From contig CBDBBI010000010.1 in assembly GCA_965202625.1 (NCBI GenBank), positions 544,001 through 608,000 of the forward strand: DNA of 64,000 bases. Direction: 5' to 3'. This document shows, in pieces, positions 1-9,094 of this stretch. The stretch's first letter is position 1, and each line of letters opens with the position of its first letter. Under the pieces are notes generated by a model. That model searched no databases, was not told where the DNA came from, and saw only the letters and a program-made list of their open reading frames with translations. The DNA comes from a bacterium. Its GTDB lineage: Bacteria; UBA8248. The translations under genes were made by a program, and so were the position numbers.

Positions 1-1156
1 GCAGGGCGAGTTGGTACCCTTTCCAGAGGACGCCTACCGGGGTGCCTACATTCGCGAGATCGCCAAATCCCGCGAGTTCCAGGAGGGCGTCAGGCCGTTC
101 GCTCAGGTCTGCGAGCGGCTTGCGTCAGGCGCCCCTGACGTCCGGAAGAGGGCGACGGCGCAGGCGACGCGAAAGGCAGGCGCCATTGCCAAGGATTTGA
201 TACTGAAGGACATTAGGAAATCCCTTGCCGATTTCAGGGTGGATTTTGACGAGTGGTTCAGGGAGTTTTCCTTGTTCACTGAGGGCGAGAACAGGGTGGA
301 GAAAGCCCTCGCCGTCCTTAAGGAGAACGGGAAACTCTACGAGAAAGAGGGTGCAGCGTGGCTTGCTTCGAGCGCGAGCGGGGATGAGAAAGACCGCGTC
401 GTTAAGCGCGCCGACGGCCGCCCGACCTATCTGGCCTCTGACATCGCCTATCATCACCTCAAGTACGAGCGTGGCTTTGATCGCTACATCAACGTCTGGG
501 GGGCGGACCATCACGGGTATTTGCCGAGGGTGCGCGCCGCGGTGGAGATGCTCGGCCATGACCCTGCGAAGCTCGACGTCCTCTTCGTCCAGTTCGTCCG
601 CTTGCGCCGCCGGGGCAAAGCTGTCCAGATGAGCACACGCTCAGGCGAGTTCGAGGAGTTGTCCGCCGTGGTAGACGAGGTGGGCGTGGACGCGACTCGC
701 TTCTTCTTTTTGATGAGGAGCGCGGACACGGCTTTGGAGTTCGACCTAGATTTGGCCAAAGAGCAAAGCAGTGAGAATCCCGTTTATTATGTGCAATATG
801 CCCACGCGCGCGCGCGCAGTCTCTTTCGACAGGCGGCAGAGGAAGGGAAAGCAATAGATCGCCTTTATGCGGTCCCGCCTGGAGCACTCGTTCTCGCAGA
901 GGAGCATCGGCTGATGAAAAACCTACTCGAGTGGCCCGATGTGGTCCGCACCGCGGTGGAGCGGCTCGAGCCGCACCACCTCACGTTCGCTCTCATCGCG
1001 CTCGCCAAACAGTTCCACGCATATTATAATCGCCACCGCATATTGGAGCAGAACGAGGAGATCACCCACGCACGATTGTGTCTCACGAAGTGCGTGCAAG
1101 CCGTCCTAAGAAGTGGCTTGTGCTTGCTGGGAGTCTCCGCTCCCGATGCGATGTAG
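1..1156 (+). CDS. argS: Arginyl-tRNA synthetase (5' end outside window)
   Basis: Motifs DEKDRVVKRADGRPTYLASDIAYH, WGADHHGY, MSTRSG (KMSKS-equivalent), ENPVYYVQYAHAR, C-terminal LLGVSAPDAM. Frame is open to the window edge. Confidence 0.98.
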   Translation, partial: QGELVPFPEDAYRGAYIREIAKSREFQEGVRPFAQVCERLASGAPDVRKRATAQATRKAGAIAKDLILKDIRKSLADFRVDFDEWFREFSLFTEGENRVEKALAVLKENGKLYEKEGAAWLASSASGDEKDRVVKRADGRPTYLASDIAYHHLKYERGFDRYINVWGADHHGYLPRVRAAVEMLGHDPAKLDVLFVQFVRLRRRGKAVQMSTRSGEFEELSAVVDEVGVDATRFFFLMRSADTALEFDLDLAKEQSSENPVYYVQYAHARARSLFRQAAEEGKAIDRLYAVPPGALVLAEEHRLMKNLLEWPDVVRTAVERLEPHHLTFALIALAKQFHAYYNRHRILEQNEEITHARLCLTKCVQAVLRSGLCLLGVSAPDAM

Positions 1157-1187
1157 GCTGTGTCCGCCCACGAAAAACGAGCAATCC

Positions 1188-1955
1188 ATGACTTTAGGGC
1201 ACCGCGCGAGTGCGAAGCATTATATGACGCTTTCCTTCACCAAACTACAAACCGGTATTTTCGCGACTCTCCTCCTCGCGCTGATGGCCGCTTTTTTCAG
1301 CCTTGGCTACCTGACGGCCGAGCGTGGCGCATCGGATGCGGCGACCCGGGGCGAGAGTACCCTCGCCGGCTTGGGGACGGACAAAGGGGAGAGGGAGATC
1401 ATTGCGCTGCGGAGCGTGCGGGAAAGAGAGACGCCGAGTCGGTCCGACGACGCGATTGAGCCAGAATTTTATCAAAACCTACCCAAGCGCAAGAAGGATG
1501 AGGGAGATGCGCAGGCTATGGAACCCATGAAATTACCGGGGATAAAAGAGACAGGGAGAAAAGAGAAAAAAGCGTCCCCGAAACGGTTGTTCTTACGCTC
1601 TCCGGCGGTGGTGAAGTCCCCCCCCGAGGAGAAGAGAGAAACCGAGGCTAGGTTTGGCGTGGAGCCGAGAAAACGGGCACCGGCGCGGCCGTGCTCCTCA
1701 AAGCCCTGGCTGAAGAAAAGCGGATACGCCATACAGGTGGTTATTGCCAATAGATACAAAGAGGCGTTTAGCGCTCTCAAGAGGCTGAGACGGGCGGGTT
1801 TTTGCGCCTATATCAAGCAGCAGGACCGCGGCTCCGGGGGCATGCCGTATAGCGTGCGGGTGGGCCACTATCGAGACAGGGCGGAGGCCCAAAGAGCGCT
1901 CTCGAAGATGCGGGGTAGGACGAACCTCCGATGGGCGACGATTGTATCAATATAG
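1188..1955 (+). CDS. SPOR-domain membrane-anchored cell-division protein (FtsN/DedD-like)
   Basis: N-terminal TM (GIFATLLLALMAAFFSLGYL), charged low-complexity linker, C-terminal SPOR (GYAIQV...A...LKRLRRAGF.AYI...YSVRVGHY.DRAEA). argS-SPOR adjacency is common. Start 1188 or 1224. Confidence 0.85.
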   Translation: MTLGHRASAKHYMTLSFTKLQTGIFATLLLALMAAFFSLGYLTAERGASDAATRGESTLAGLGTDKGEREIIALRSVRERETPSRSDDAIEPEFYQNLPKRKKDEGDAQAMEPMKLPGIKETGRKEKKASPKRLFLRSPAVVKSPPEEKRETEARFGVEPRKRAPARPCSSKPWLKKSGYAIQVVIANRYKEAFSALKRLRRAGFCAYIKQQDRGSGGMPYSVRVGHYRDRAEAQRALSKMRGRTNLRWATIVSI

Positions 1956-2006
1956 ATATATTTAATGTAATACTTTGCGGTTTTTTTGCTATAGATAGCT
2001 TTAATC

Positions 2007-2035
2007 TTGACGCTTCTCGTTTCAATTCTTAAAAT
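2007..2035 (+). promoter_or_regulatory. sigma70-type promoter for lipA operon
   Basis: TTGACG-17 nt-TAAAAT in an AT-rich intergenic region, 35 nt before the lipA ATG. Confidence 0.7.
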
Positions 2036-2070
2036 TGTAGCCCTTGACCCTTGGGAGTGGAGGTGGTTCC

Positions 2071-3054
2071 ATGGCTTCTCGACGTTTCCCCCCTTGGCTC
2101 TTAAAGCGGTTCCCGAGTCCGAGCCACGCCCATGAAGTCAAGGTCTTGATGCGCGGTAAGCGGTTGCATACCGTGTGCGAAGAGGCCCGATGCCCGAACC
2201 TGTTTGAATGTTTTTCCCGAAAAGCAGCCACTTTCATGATTGGCGGAGACATCTGCACGAGAACTTGCGGCTATTGCGCCGTCGCGAAGGGGACGCCCGG
2301 GCCCTTGGACGCAGGCGAGCCGTTGCGCGTCGCCGAAGCCGCGAAATCACTGGGTTTAAGACACGTGGTCATCACGATGGTGAATCGCGATGATTTGCCC
2401 GACGGCGCGGCCGCTCACGTCGCGGCGACCATCCAGGCGATTCGGGTGTTGCTGCCCCGGGCGACGGTGGAGGTTTTAGTGAGTGATTTTATGGGCGATT
2501 TCGACGCTGTCGCGCAGGTGGCACGTGCGCGACCGGACGTTTTTAATCACAACATTGAAACAGTGAAACGATTGTTCAAAAAGACGCGACCGAACGGCGA
2601 TTACGAGCGTTCACTGCGCGTCATCGGGGTGGCGAGGGAGATTGTCCCCCAGATGATGACAAAAAGCGGTCTCATGGTCGGCATGGGGGAGACGGAGAAG
2701 GATGTGTTGTCGCTAATGGATGATTTGCGCGATGCGAGGGTGAATTGCCAGATTATGACGATCGGCCAGTATCTCTCTCCCCAAAAAAAGGCGATTCCGG
2801 TTCGGGAATACGTTCATCCCGACGTTTATGAGCGCTACCGGCTGGCGGGTGCGGCGAGGGGCTTCGCACATGTATTTGCGGGGCCCTTTGTACGAAGCTC
2901 CTACAACGCAGAGGAAGCCCTCCATGCTTCCCATGGGCTGACGGAGGAGAGGTCGGAAAGAGACCCCGAGGGACGCGCCTTCATGACTGCGGACGGTTCG
3001 GGCCGGAACGTCCCCGCTCCCTCTGTGCGCCTGATAGCCCTACCGCTCAGTTGA
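2071..3054 (+). CDS. lipA: Lipoyl synthase
   Basis: CEEARCPNLFEC (CX4CX5C), CTRTCGYC (radical SAM), HNIETV, TKSGLMVGMGE, TIGQYL, VRSSY. RBS GGAGGT before ATG 2071. Confidence 0.98.
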   Translation: MASRRFPPWLLKRFPSPSHAHEVKVLMRGKRLHTVCEEARCPNLFECFSRKAATFMIGGDICTRTCGYCAVAKGTPGPLDAGEPLRVAEAAKSLGLRHVVITMVNRDDLPDGAAAHVAATIQAIRVLLPRATVEVLVSDFMGDFDAVAQVARARPDVFNHNIETVKRLFKKTRPNGDYERSLRVIGVAREIVPQMMTKSGLMVGMGETEKDVLSLMDDLRDARVNCQIMTIGQYLSPQKKAIPVREYVHPDVYERYRLAGAARGFAHVFAGPFVRSSYNAEEALHASHGLTEERSERDPEGRAFMTADGSGRNVPAPSVRLIALPLS

Positions 3055-3066
3055 GGATTCCCGAGC

Positions 3067-4263
3067 ATGCATGAATTTCAGCGCATCACGCGCCTGCCCC
3101 CCTACGTATTCGCGGGCGTCGATGAACTGAAAATCGAGGCGCGCCGCCGCGGCGCCGACATCATTGATTTCGGAATGGGGAATCCCGACCTCGCCACCCC
3201 TCCCCATGTTGTGGATAAACTCGTAGAGGCGTCCACGAACCCCAGAAATCATCGCTATAGCGCCTCGCGTGGCATCACTCGCCTGCGAATGGCCATCGCC
3301 GATTGGTATGCCCGCCGCTACGATGTGGATATCGACCCTGAGGAGGAGTCCATCGTCACCATCGGCGTGAAGGAGGGGATATCCCACCTCGCTTTGGCCA
3401 TCACCAATCCGGGCGATTTAGTCATGGTCCCGAGTCCCACATATCCCATCCATACCTACGCCATGGTGTTGGCGAACGGCAACGTGGTGCATGTGCCGCT
3501 CTCTCAGGGGGACGACTTTTTCCAAAGCATGACGGAGGTTATCCGCCCGATATGGCCGCACCCCAAAATCCTCGTCTTAAGTTTTCCGCACAACCCCACC
3601 ACGGTGTGTGTTGACATCGGATTTTTTGAAAAAGTAGTTGCCTTCGCGAAGGAATACAATCTCATCGTCGTCCATGATTTCGCATACGCCGACTTAGGGT
3701 TCGATGGCTATAAGCCGCCCAGCATCCTGCAAGTGCGGGGCGCGAAAGACGTGAGCGTGGAGTTTTTCTCCCTCTCGAAGAGCTACTCCATGCCTGGGTG
3801 GCGGATGGGCTTCGGCGTGGGAAATCGCGCACTCATCGGCGCACTGCGGCGCATCAAGAGCTACCTTGATTACGGTGCTTTTCAGCCCATTCAGATTGCG
3901 TCGATCATCGCGCTCAACGGCCCTCAGGAATGCGTCGAGGAAATTCGCCGGACCTATCAAAGCCGCCGCGATGTACTGTGCGATGGGCTGGAGAGAATCG
4001 ACTGGCCCGTTGGGAGGCCAAGGGGCACGATGTTCGTCTGGGCGGAAATTCCGGGCCCCTATAAGGAGATGGGTTCTTTGGAGTTCTCCAAATTCTTGTT
4101 GCGCGAAACCGAGGTGGCCGTCTCGCCAGGAATCGGGTTCGGCGAGTTGGGGGACGGACATGTGCGCTTCGCGCTCGTGGAGAACGAGCATCGCACGAGG
4201 CAGGCACTCAGAAATATCCGCTCTATATTTCAGGAGAGAGGCTCTAGGCAGACGTTGGGCTAG
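3067..4263 (+). CDS. alaC: PLP-dependent class I/II aminotransferase, AlaC (YfdZ)-like
   Basis: [70 protein letters not shown]. Confidence 0.88.
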   Translation: MHEFQRITRLPPYVFAGVDELKIEARRRGADIIDFGMGNPDLATPPHVVDKLVEASTNPRNHRYSASRGITRLRMAIADWYARRYDVDIDPEEESIVTIGVKEGISHLALAITNPGDLVMVPSPTYPIHTYAMVLANGNVVHVPLSQGDDFFQSMTEVIRPIWPHPKILVLSFPHNPTTVCVDIGFFEKVVAFAKEYNLIVVHDFAYADLGFDGYKPPSILQVRGAKDVSVEFFSLSKSYSMPGWRMGFGVGNRALIGALRRIKSYLDYGAFQPIQIASIIALNGPQECVEEIRRTYQSRRDVLCDGLERIDWPVGRPRGTMFVWAEIPGPYKEMGSLEFSKFLLRETEVAVSPGIGFGELGDGHVRFALVENEHRTRQALRNIRSIFQERGSRQTLG

Positions 4264-4290
4264 TTCGCGCTGCGTCCGAGTCGGAGGACA

Positions 4291-5619
4291 ATGAAGAGAA
4301 TTTACGTCGGCATATTGGGCTTGGGCACGGTCGGAAGCGGCGTGGCGAATTTGCTTGCCGAGCAGCGCGACTTGATCAAAAGACGCCTCGGAGTGGAAGT
4401 GCGCGTCTCTAGAATCGCGGACCGAAGCATCTTTACCAAGAAGAAGATGGCGCGCGGGGTGGCTTCCGAGCGTCTGGGCACGGATTTCGAGGGTGTCATC
4501 GACGCGTCCGACGTTCACGTCGTCGCGGAGCTCATTGGCGGGACGGATGACGCGCGACGTCATATCCTGCGGGCGATTGCGAAGAAAAAGCCGGTCGTCA
4601 CCGCGAACAAAGCGGTTCTTGCCGTCCATGGCGAGGAGATATTCGCCGCCGCTGAGAAGGCGGGCTGCCCTCTGGGCTTCGAGGCGTCCGTCGCGGGCGG
4701 AATTCCGATAGTCAGAAACTTGCGTGAGGCTTTCGCGGCGGATCGGATTGAAAGACTCGCTGGTATTTTGAATGGGACGTGCAACTATATTTTGAGCCAG
4801 ATGACGGAGATGGGCGCGAATTTTGGCGATACTCTGAGGCGCGCCCAGGAGCTGGGCTACGCGGAGGCGGATCCAGCGTTTGACATTGATGGCGTCGACG
4901 CGTCTCACAAGATAGCGATTCTAGCGAACCTGGCGTATGGCACGCCCGTCGACGTTAGGACTTACCACACCGAGGGGATACGCCACATTACTTCCGTCGA
5001 TATCGACATCGCCAGGGAGCTAGGCTACCGGATCAAACTCATTGCCATGGCCCAAGAAAAGGAGGGGAAACTCGACATTCGCGTTCACCCGACGATGCTC
5101 TCCGAGAATCACCCCCTCTCGCAAGTTGGCGGGGTCTATAACGCGGTGGCCGTCTCGGGGGCGAACGCAGGGCCACAGGTATTCATCGGTAAGGGCGCGG
5201 GTTCGGAGGCCACGGCCTCCGCGGTCGTCGGAGACATCATCGAAGTGACGAGATGGTTCAGAAATGGGGGGGACTCGCGGATTCCCGCCGCTGCCTTCTT
5301 GCCTGATCAGCGCACACGCCTCGACATTCTGACGCCCCGGGAAATTTCGATGCGCTTCTACGTCCGCTTCGCGGCGCTTGATAAGCCGGGGGTCTTGAGC
5401 CGCATTTCGGGTGTTTTCGGCGAAAACGACATCAGCCTCGAGACCGTCATCCAAAAGGGCCGCGCCGGCGATGATGGCTACGCCCGCCTCGTGTTGCTCA
5501 CCCACGTAGCGACGGAGGAGAACATGCGGAACGCCCTTGAGGAGATATCCGGACTCGACATAGTGCGGCCTGGACACGCGCTCATTCGCGTGGAGTCAGA
5601 CGGCATGGCGTTTATGTGA
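4291..5619 (+). CDS. hom: Homoserine dehydrogenase with C-terminal ACT domain
   Basis: GLGTVGSG, VTANKA, FEASVAGGIP, GILNGTCNYIL, AQELGYAEADP, ACT DKPGVLSRIS. Confidence 0.97.
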   Translation: MKRIYVGILGLGTVGSGVANLLAEQRDLIKRRLGVEVRVSRIADRSIFTKKKMARGVASERLGTDFEGVIDASDVHVVAELIGGTDDARRHILRAIAKKKPVVTANKAVLAVHGEEIFAAAEKAGCPLGFEASVAGGIPIVRNLREAFAADRIERLAGILNGTCNYILSQMTEMGANFGDTLRRAQELGYAEADPAFDIDGVDASHKIAILANLAYGTPVDVRTYHTEGIRHITSVDIDIARELGYRIKLIAMAQEKEGKLDIRVHPTMLSENHPLSQVGGVYNAVAVSGANAGPQVFIGKGAGSEATASAVVGDIIEVTRWFRNGGDSRIPAAAFLPDQRTRLDILTPREISMRFYVRFAALDKPGVLSRISGVFGENDISLETVIQKGRAGDDGYARLVLLTHVATEENMRNALEEISGLDIVRPGHALIRVESDGMAFM

Positions 5620-6887
5620 TCGGGCCAGATAAGAGTTCACCCCCCATGCGCAAAACATTGATGATTCTCGCGCGCGGCTTGAGCGACAGACCGGTGGCAT
5701 CGCTGGGCGGCGAGACGCCCTTGCGAACGGCCCGGACGCCCATGTTGGATCGTTTAGCAAATTGCGGTTTTTCAGGCGTATGGTCTCCTGCGTCCGGTGA
5801 TGCCTACCCCTCTCTGGATGGGTTTCTGAAAAATTTTTTCAAATTCTCCAGTGCCATCTCTTCCGGGTTGATGCTGGCCGCCGGCGCCGGCGTTACTCCC
5901 CGGACAGGAGAGGCCGTATTCCGACTGAGTTTCGTCTGCTTGAAGCCGGGCGCGACGAGCGTCGTTATGCTGGATCCGACGGGTTGCGGAGTCACGGACG
6001 AAGAGAACCGAGATCTCATCGTATATCTCAAGCAACAGATACCGCCCGATAAAGGGGAGTCCTTCCGCTTCGAGTCGCTCGGCGCGCATCAAGGGCTTCT
6101 GCTCTATCGAGGCGCGCCGCTTTCCGCGGAGTCTTTTCGCGGATTCCCCCCCCCCCATGCGATCACCGGAAAACCCATTGGAGACCACATGCCGACGGCG
6201 CGGGAGGCGCGCCGTTTCGTCCATTTCGTCAACGATTCTCAGATGGCGCTCTCCACCCACGAGGGGTTGAAGGAGAAGGCGCGAACCCGCATGTTCGCGG
6301 CGAACTCCATCTGGCTTTGGGGAGGCGGCCTAGCAGAGGAGTCGGAGTGCATCTCGGAAAAAACGGGGGGGCGGACCTCGGCGCTGGTAAGCGACTCACA
6401 ACTTGCCAGGGGCTTTGCCAAATTGGGGGGCGCAGATGTATATGAGCCAGGGGAAAAGGCGTCCGCCACCGTGCGCGAGGCGCTCGCGAAACACGATTTT
6501 GTCTTGTCGTTTCAGGATGTAGACGAAATATCTCCATGGCGCGAGGTGGCGGAGAAGGCCGAGGCCATTGAGAAGTTTGACGCTGAATTCATTTCGCCTT
6601 TGGCGGAGGGGCTGAGCGAGCCGTGCCGCATCCTCGTAGCGACGGACCATGGGTTTAGCGTGGAATCTCAGGAATGGATCGCCGATGCGGCACCGTTCGC
6701 CATGGCAGATTTCGACGGGGAGAATTTCTCGCTACCCAAGCGGTTAAGCGGCCTGGGCGGTCTATGGGAGAGAATTCGCGGCGGCGATGGGAAGAGAAAA
6801 AACGCGACGTCCGGGTTTTCTGAGGAACTTGGGCGAGGGGGACGCGTCTATTCGGTTTACGCGGTCAAAAAACGATTCTTTGGATGA
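5616..6887 (+). CDS. ApgM/proposed-homoserine-kinase family (cofactor-independent PGM-like) protein, catalytic residues degenerate
   Basis: LGGETPLRTARTPMLDRLA, PPHAITGKPI.D.MP, ANSIWLWGGG, KAEAIEKFD, RILVATDH match the family scaffold. Several metal ligands are missing (see findings). Start 5616 or 5646. Confidence 0.8.
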   Translation: MIGPDKSSPPMRKTLMILARGLSDRPVASLGGETPLRTARTPMLDRLANCGFSGVWSPASGDAYPSLDGFLKNFFKFSSAISSGLMLAAGAGVTPRTGEAVFRLSFVCLKPGATSVVMLDPTGCGVTDEENRDLIVYLKQQIPPDKGESFRFESLGAHQGLLLYRGAPLSAESFRGFPPPHAITGKPIGDHMPTAREARRFVHFVNDSQMALSTHEGLKEKARTRMFAANSIWLWGGGLAEESECISEKTGGRTSALVSDSQLARGFAKLGGADVYEPGEKASATVREALAKHDFVLSFQDVDEISPWREVAEKAEAIEKFDAEFISPLAEGLSEPCRILVATDHGFSVESQEWIADAAPFAMADFDGENFSLPKRLSGLGGLWERIRGGDGKRKNATSGFSEELGRGGRVYSVYAVKKRFFG

Positions 6888-8110
6888 CGGAGCGAGGGGT
6901 GGGACTGGTCGTAAAAAAATTCGGAGGCACCTCGGTCGCTGATCTCAACAGGATTCGCGGCGTGGTGGAGCGGATAGCAACGGCGAGAAAGTCCTGCTGC
7001 GAGCGCATCATCGTCGTGGTAAGCGCGATGGCGGGGGAAACCGATAAGCTCATCCGTCTCGCTCATACGCTCTCACCCCAGCCGATAGGTCGGGAGATGG
7101 ATTTGCTCCTCGCCTCGGGAGAGCGCATCGCAAGCGCGCTTTTGGCCATTGCCCTCGACGCGGACGGAATCCCCGCGGTATCCCTCACGGGCGGGCAGGC
7201 GGGTATCTTGACGGAAGGTGCTCATACCCAGGCCCGCGTACGCTCCATCCGCCCGGCGCGCATTCTCCGTGAACTCGACGAGGGAAAGGTAGTCGTCGCG
7301 GCGGGATTCCAAGGGGTGGACGAATTTGACGAGGAAACCACGCTGGGCCGTGGAGGCTCCGACCTCACCGCAGTGGCACTGGCCGCGGCACTTGAAGCGA
7401 ATCGTTGCGAGATTTATACCGACGTGGACGGGGTATACACGGCGGACCCGCGCCTCGTTCCTAATGCGAAGCGGCTAGAGCAGATATCGTTCGAGGAGAT
7501 GATGGAGCTCGCCTCCTTGGGCGCGAAGGTGCTTCAGACGCGTTCTGTGGATCTGGCGGCGAAATACAGTCTTCCCATCGTCGTCCGCTCCTCACTTGGT
7601 GAAGGAGAGGGAACATTGGTCATTCCAGAGTCAACGGGAATTGAGGCGCCCGCAGTGCGCGGCGTGAGCAGCGACTCGAAGCAATCGAAACTCACGGCGA
7701 GCGGCGTCCCCGACAGGCCCGGCATTGCAGCTTCCTTGTTCGGCCAACTTGCCGAGAAGTCTATTATAGTGGATATGATTGTTCAGAACGTGAGCGAAAA
7801 CGGCTTGACGGATATCTCTATCACCGTGAACCGCGAAATGGCGGAGGAGGCCCAGGGTATCATGAAGAAATCACATGAGGCCCTGGGTGGCGTCGCAATC
7901 TCCCGCGATGACGACATCGCCAAGGTCTCCGTCGTGGGCGTGGGCATGAAGAGCCAGGCCGGCGTAGCCTCGCGCGTTTTCTCCGCACTAGCGCGAAGCC
8001 GCATCAACATCATGATGATCTCCACCTCCGAGATTTCGATATCCGTCGTGGTCCGCGAGTCAGATGCCGAGAGTTCAGTACGCGTGCTTCATAAGGAGCT
8101 CATCGCTTGA
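6884..8110 (+). CDS. lysC: Aspartate kinase
   Basis: [51 protein letters not shown], two ACT domains (DRPGIAA; [10 protein letters not shown]). Confidence 0.98.
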   Translation: MTERGVGLVVKKFGGTSVADLNRIRGVVERIATARKSCCERIIVVVSAMAGETDKLIRLAHTLSPQPIGREMDLLLASGERIASALLAIALDADGIPAVSLTGGQAGILTEGAHTQARVRSIRPARILRELDEGKVVVAAGFQGVDEFDEETTLGRGGSDLTAVALAAALEANRCEIYTDVDGVYTADPRLVPNAKRLEQISFEEMMELASLGAKVLQTRSVDLAAKYSLPIVVRSSLGEGEGTLVIPESTGIEAPAVRGVSSDSKQSKLTASGVPDRPGIAASLFGQLAEKSIIVDMIVQNVSENGLTDISITVNREMAEEAQGIMKKSHEALGGVAISRDDDIAKVSVVGVGMKSQAGVASRVFSALARSRINIMMISTSEISISVVVRESDAESSVRVLHKELIA

Positions 8111-9048
8111 GCGGCGCGCTGACGTTTCAGGAAGCGATCATGGAGTTGGAGCGGTATTGGTCGACGAAGGGGTGCGTCATTCAGCAACCATATGATGTCG
8201 AGGTGGGCGCGGGCACGATGAATCCGGCCACTTTCCTGCGCAGCCTAGGCCCTGAACCCTGGAAGGTGGCCTACGTCGAGCCCAGCAGAAGACCCACGGA
8301 TGGTCGCTATGGGGAAAACCCAAACAGGCTTCAGCATTATTATCAATACCAGGTGATTCTGAAGCCCTCGCCCATCGACGCGCAAGAGCAGTATCTGGAG
8401 AGCCTGAGAGGTCTGGGCGTGGACCCGCTGGAGCACGACATTCGCTTCGTCGAGGATGATTGGGAATCGCCCAACCTGGGCGCATGGGGTCTGGGCTGGG
8501 AGGTGTGGATCGACGGCATGGAGGTCACGCAGTTCACTTATTTTCAGCAGGTTGGCGGGCTGGACCTAAATCTGGTGTCCGTCGAGTTGACCTACGGGCT
8601 CGAGCGCATCGCTATGCACCTTCAGGGGGCAGAAAGCGTGTATGACCTCGTATGGGCGGAGGAGGCCGACGGCGCGACGATCAGATACGCCGATGTGCAT
8701 TACCAGACGGAGGTGGAGTTCAGCCGCTACAATTTCGATGAAGCGGACGTGAAAATTCACTTTGAGGTTTTCGATCAATATGAGGCGGAGGGCTTGCGCC
8801 TCGTGGAGAAGGGACTCACCTTTCCCGCCTACGATCATGTGCTCAAGTGTTCGCACGCGTTTAATCTCCTAGACGCGCGAGGCGCCATCAGCGTGAGCGA
8901 GCGAGCGCGCTATATCGGGAGAATTAGAAAGATGGCACGTGCGTGCGCCGAGAGGTATTTGAAGTCGCGCTACGAGGCCGGTTTCCCACTGATCAGGGAC
9001 GAGGCACGGCGAGAGGAACAACTCACCCTCTACGCCGCGCAATATTAA
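8107..9048 (+). CDS. glyQ: Glycyl-tRNA synthetase alpha subunit
   Basis: [57 protein letters not shown]. Confidence 0.99.
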   Translation: MSGALTFQEAIMELERYWSTKGCVIQQPYDVEVGAGTMNPATFLRSLGPEPWKVAYVEPSRRPTDGRYGENPNRLQHYYQYQVILKPSPIDAQEQYLESLRGLGVDPLEHDIRFVEDDWESPNLGAWGLGWEVWIDGMEVTQFTYFQQVGGLDLNLVSVELTYGLERIAMHLQGAESVYDLVWAEEADGATIRYADVHYQTEVEFSRYNFDEADVKIHFEVFDQYEAEGLRLVEKGLTFPAYDHVLKCSHAFNLLDARGAISVSERARYIGRIRKMARACAERYLKSRYEAGFPLIRDEARREEQLTLYAAQY

Positions 9049-9094
9049 GGCGAGAGAGGCGGCGACATGAGGCCGTAGGGGGGCGCGGGGGATT

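Noticed and set aside
3694-4908. 404-aa minus-strand ORF
   Set aside because: Antisense shadow of alaC/hom with no motifs; typical of GC-rich coding DNA.
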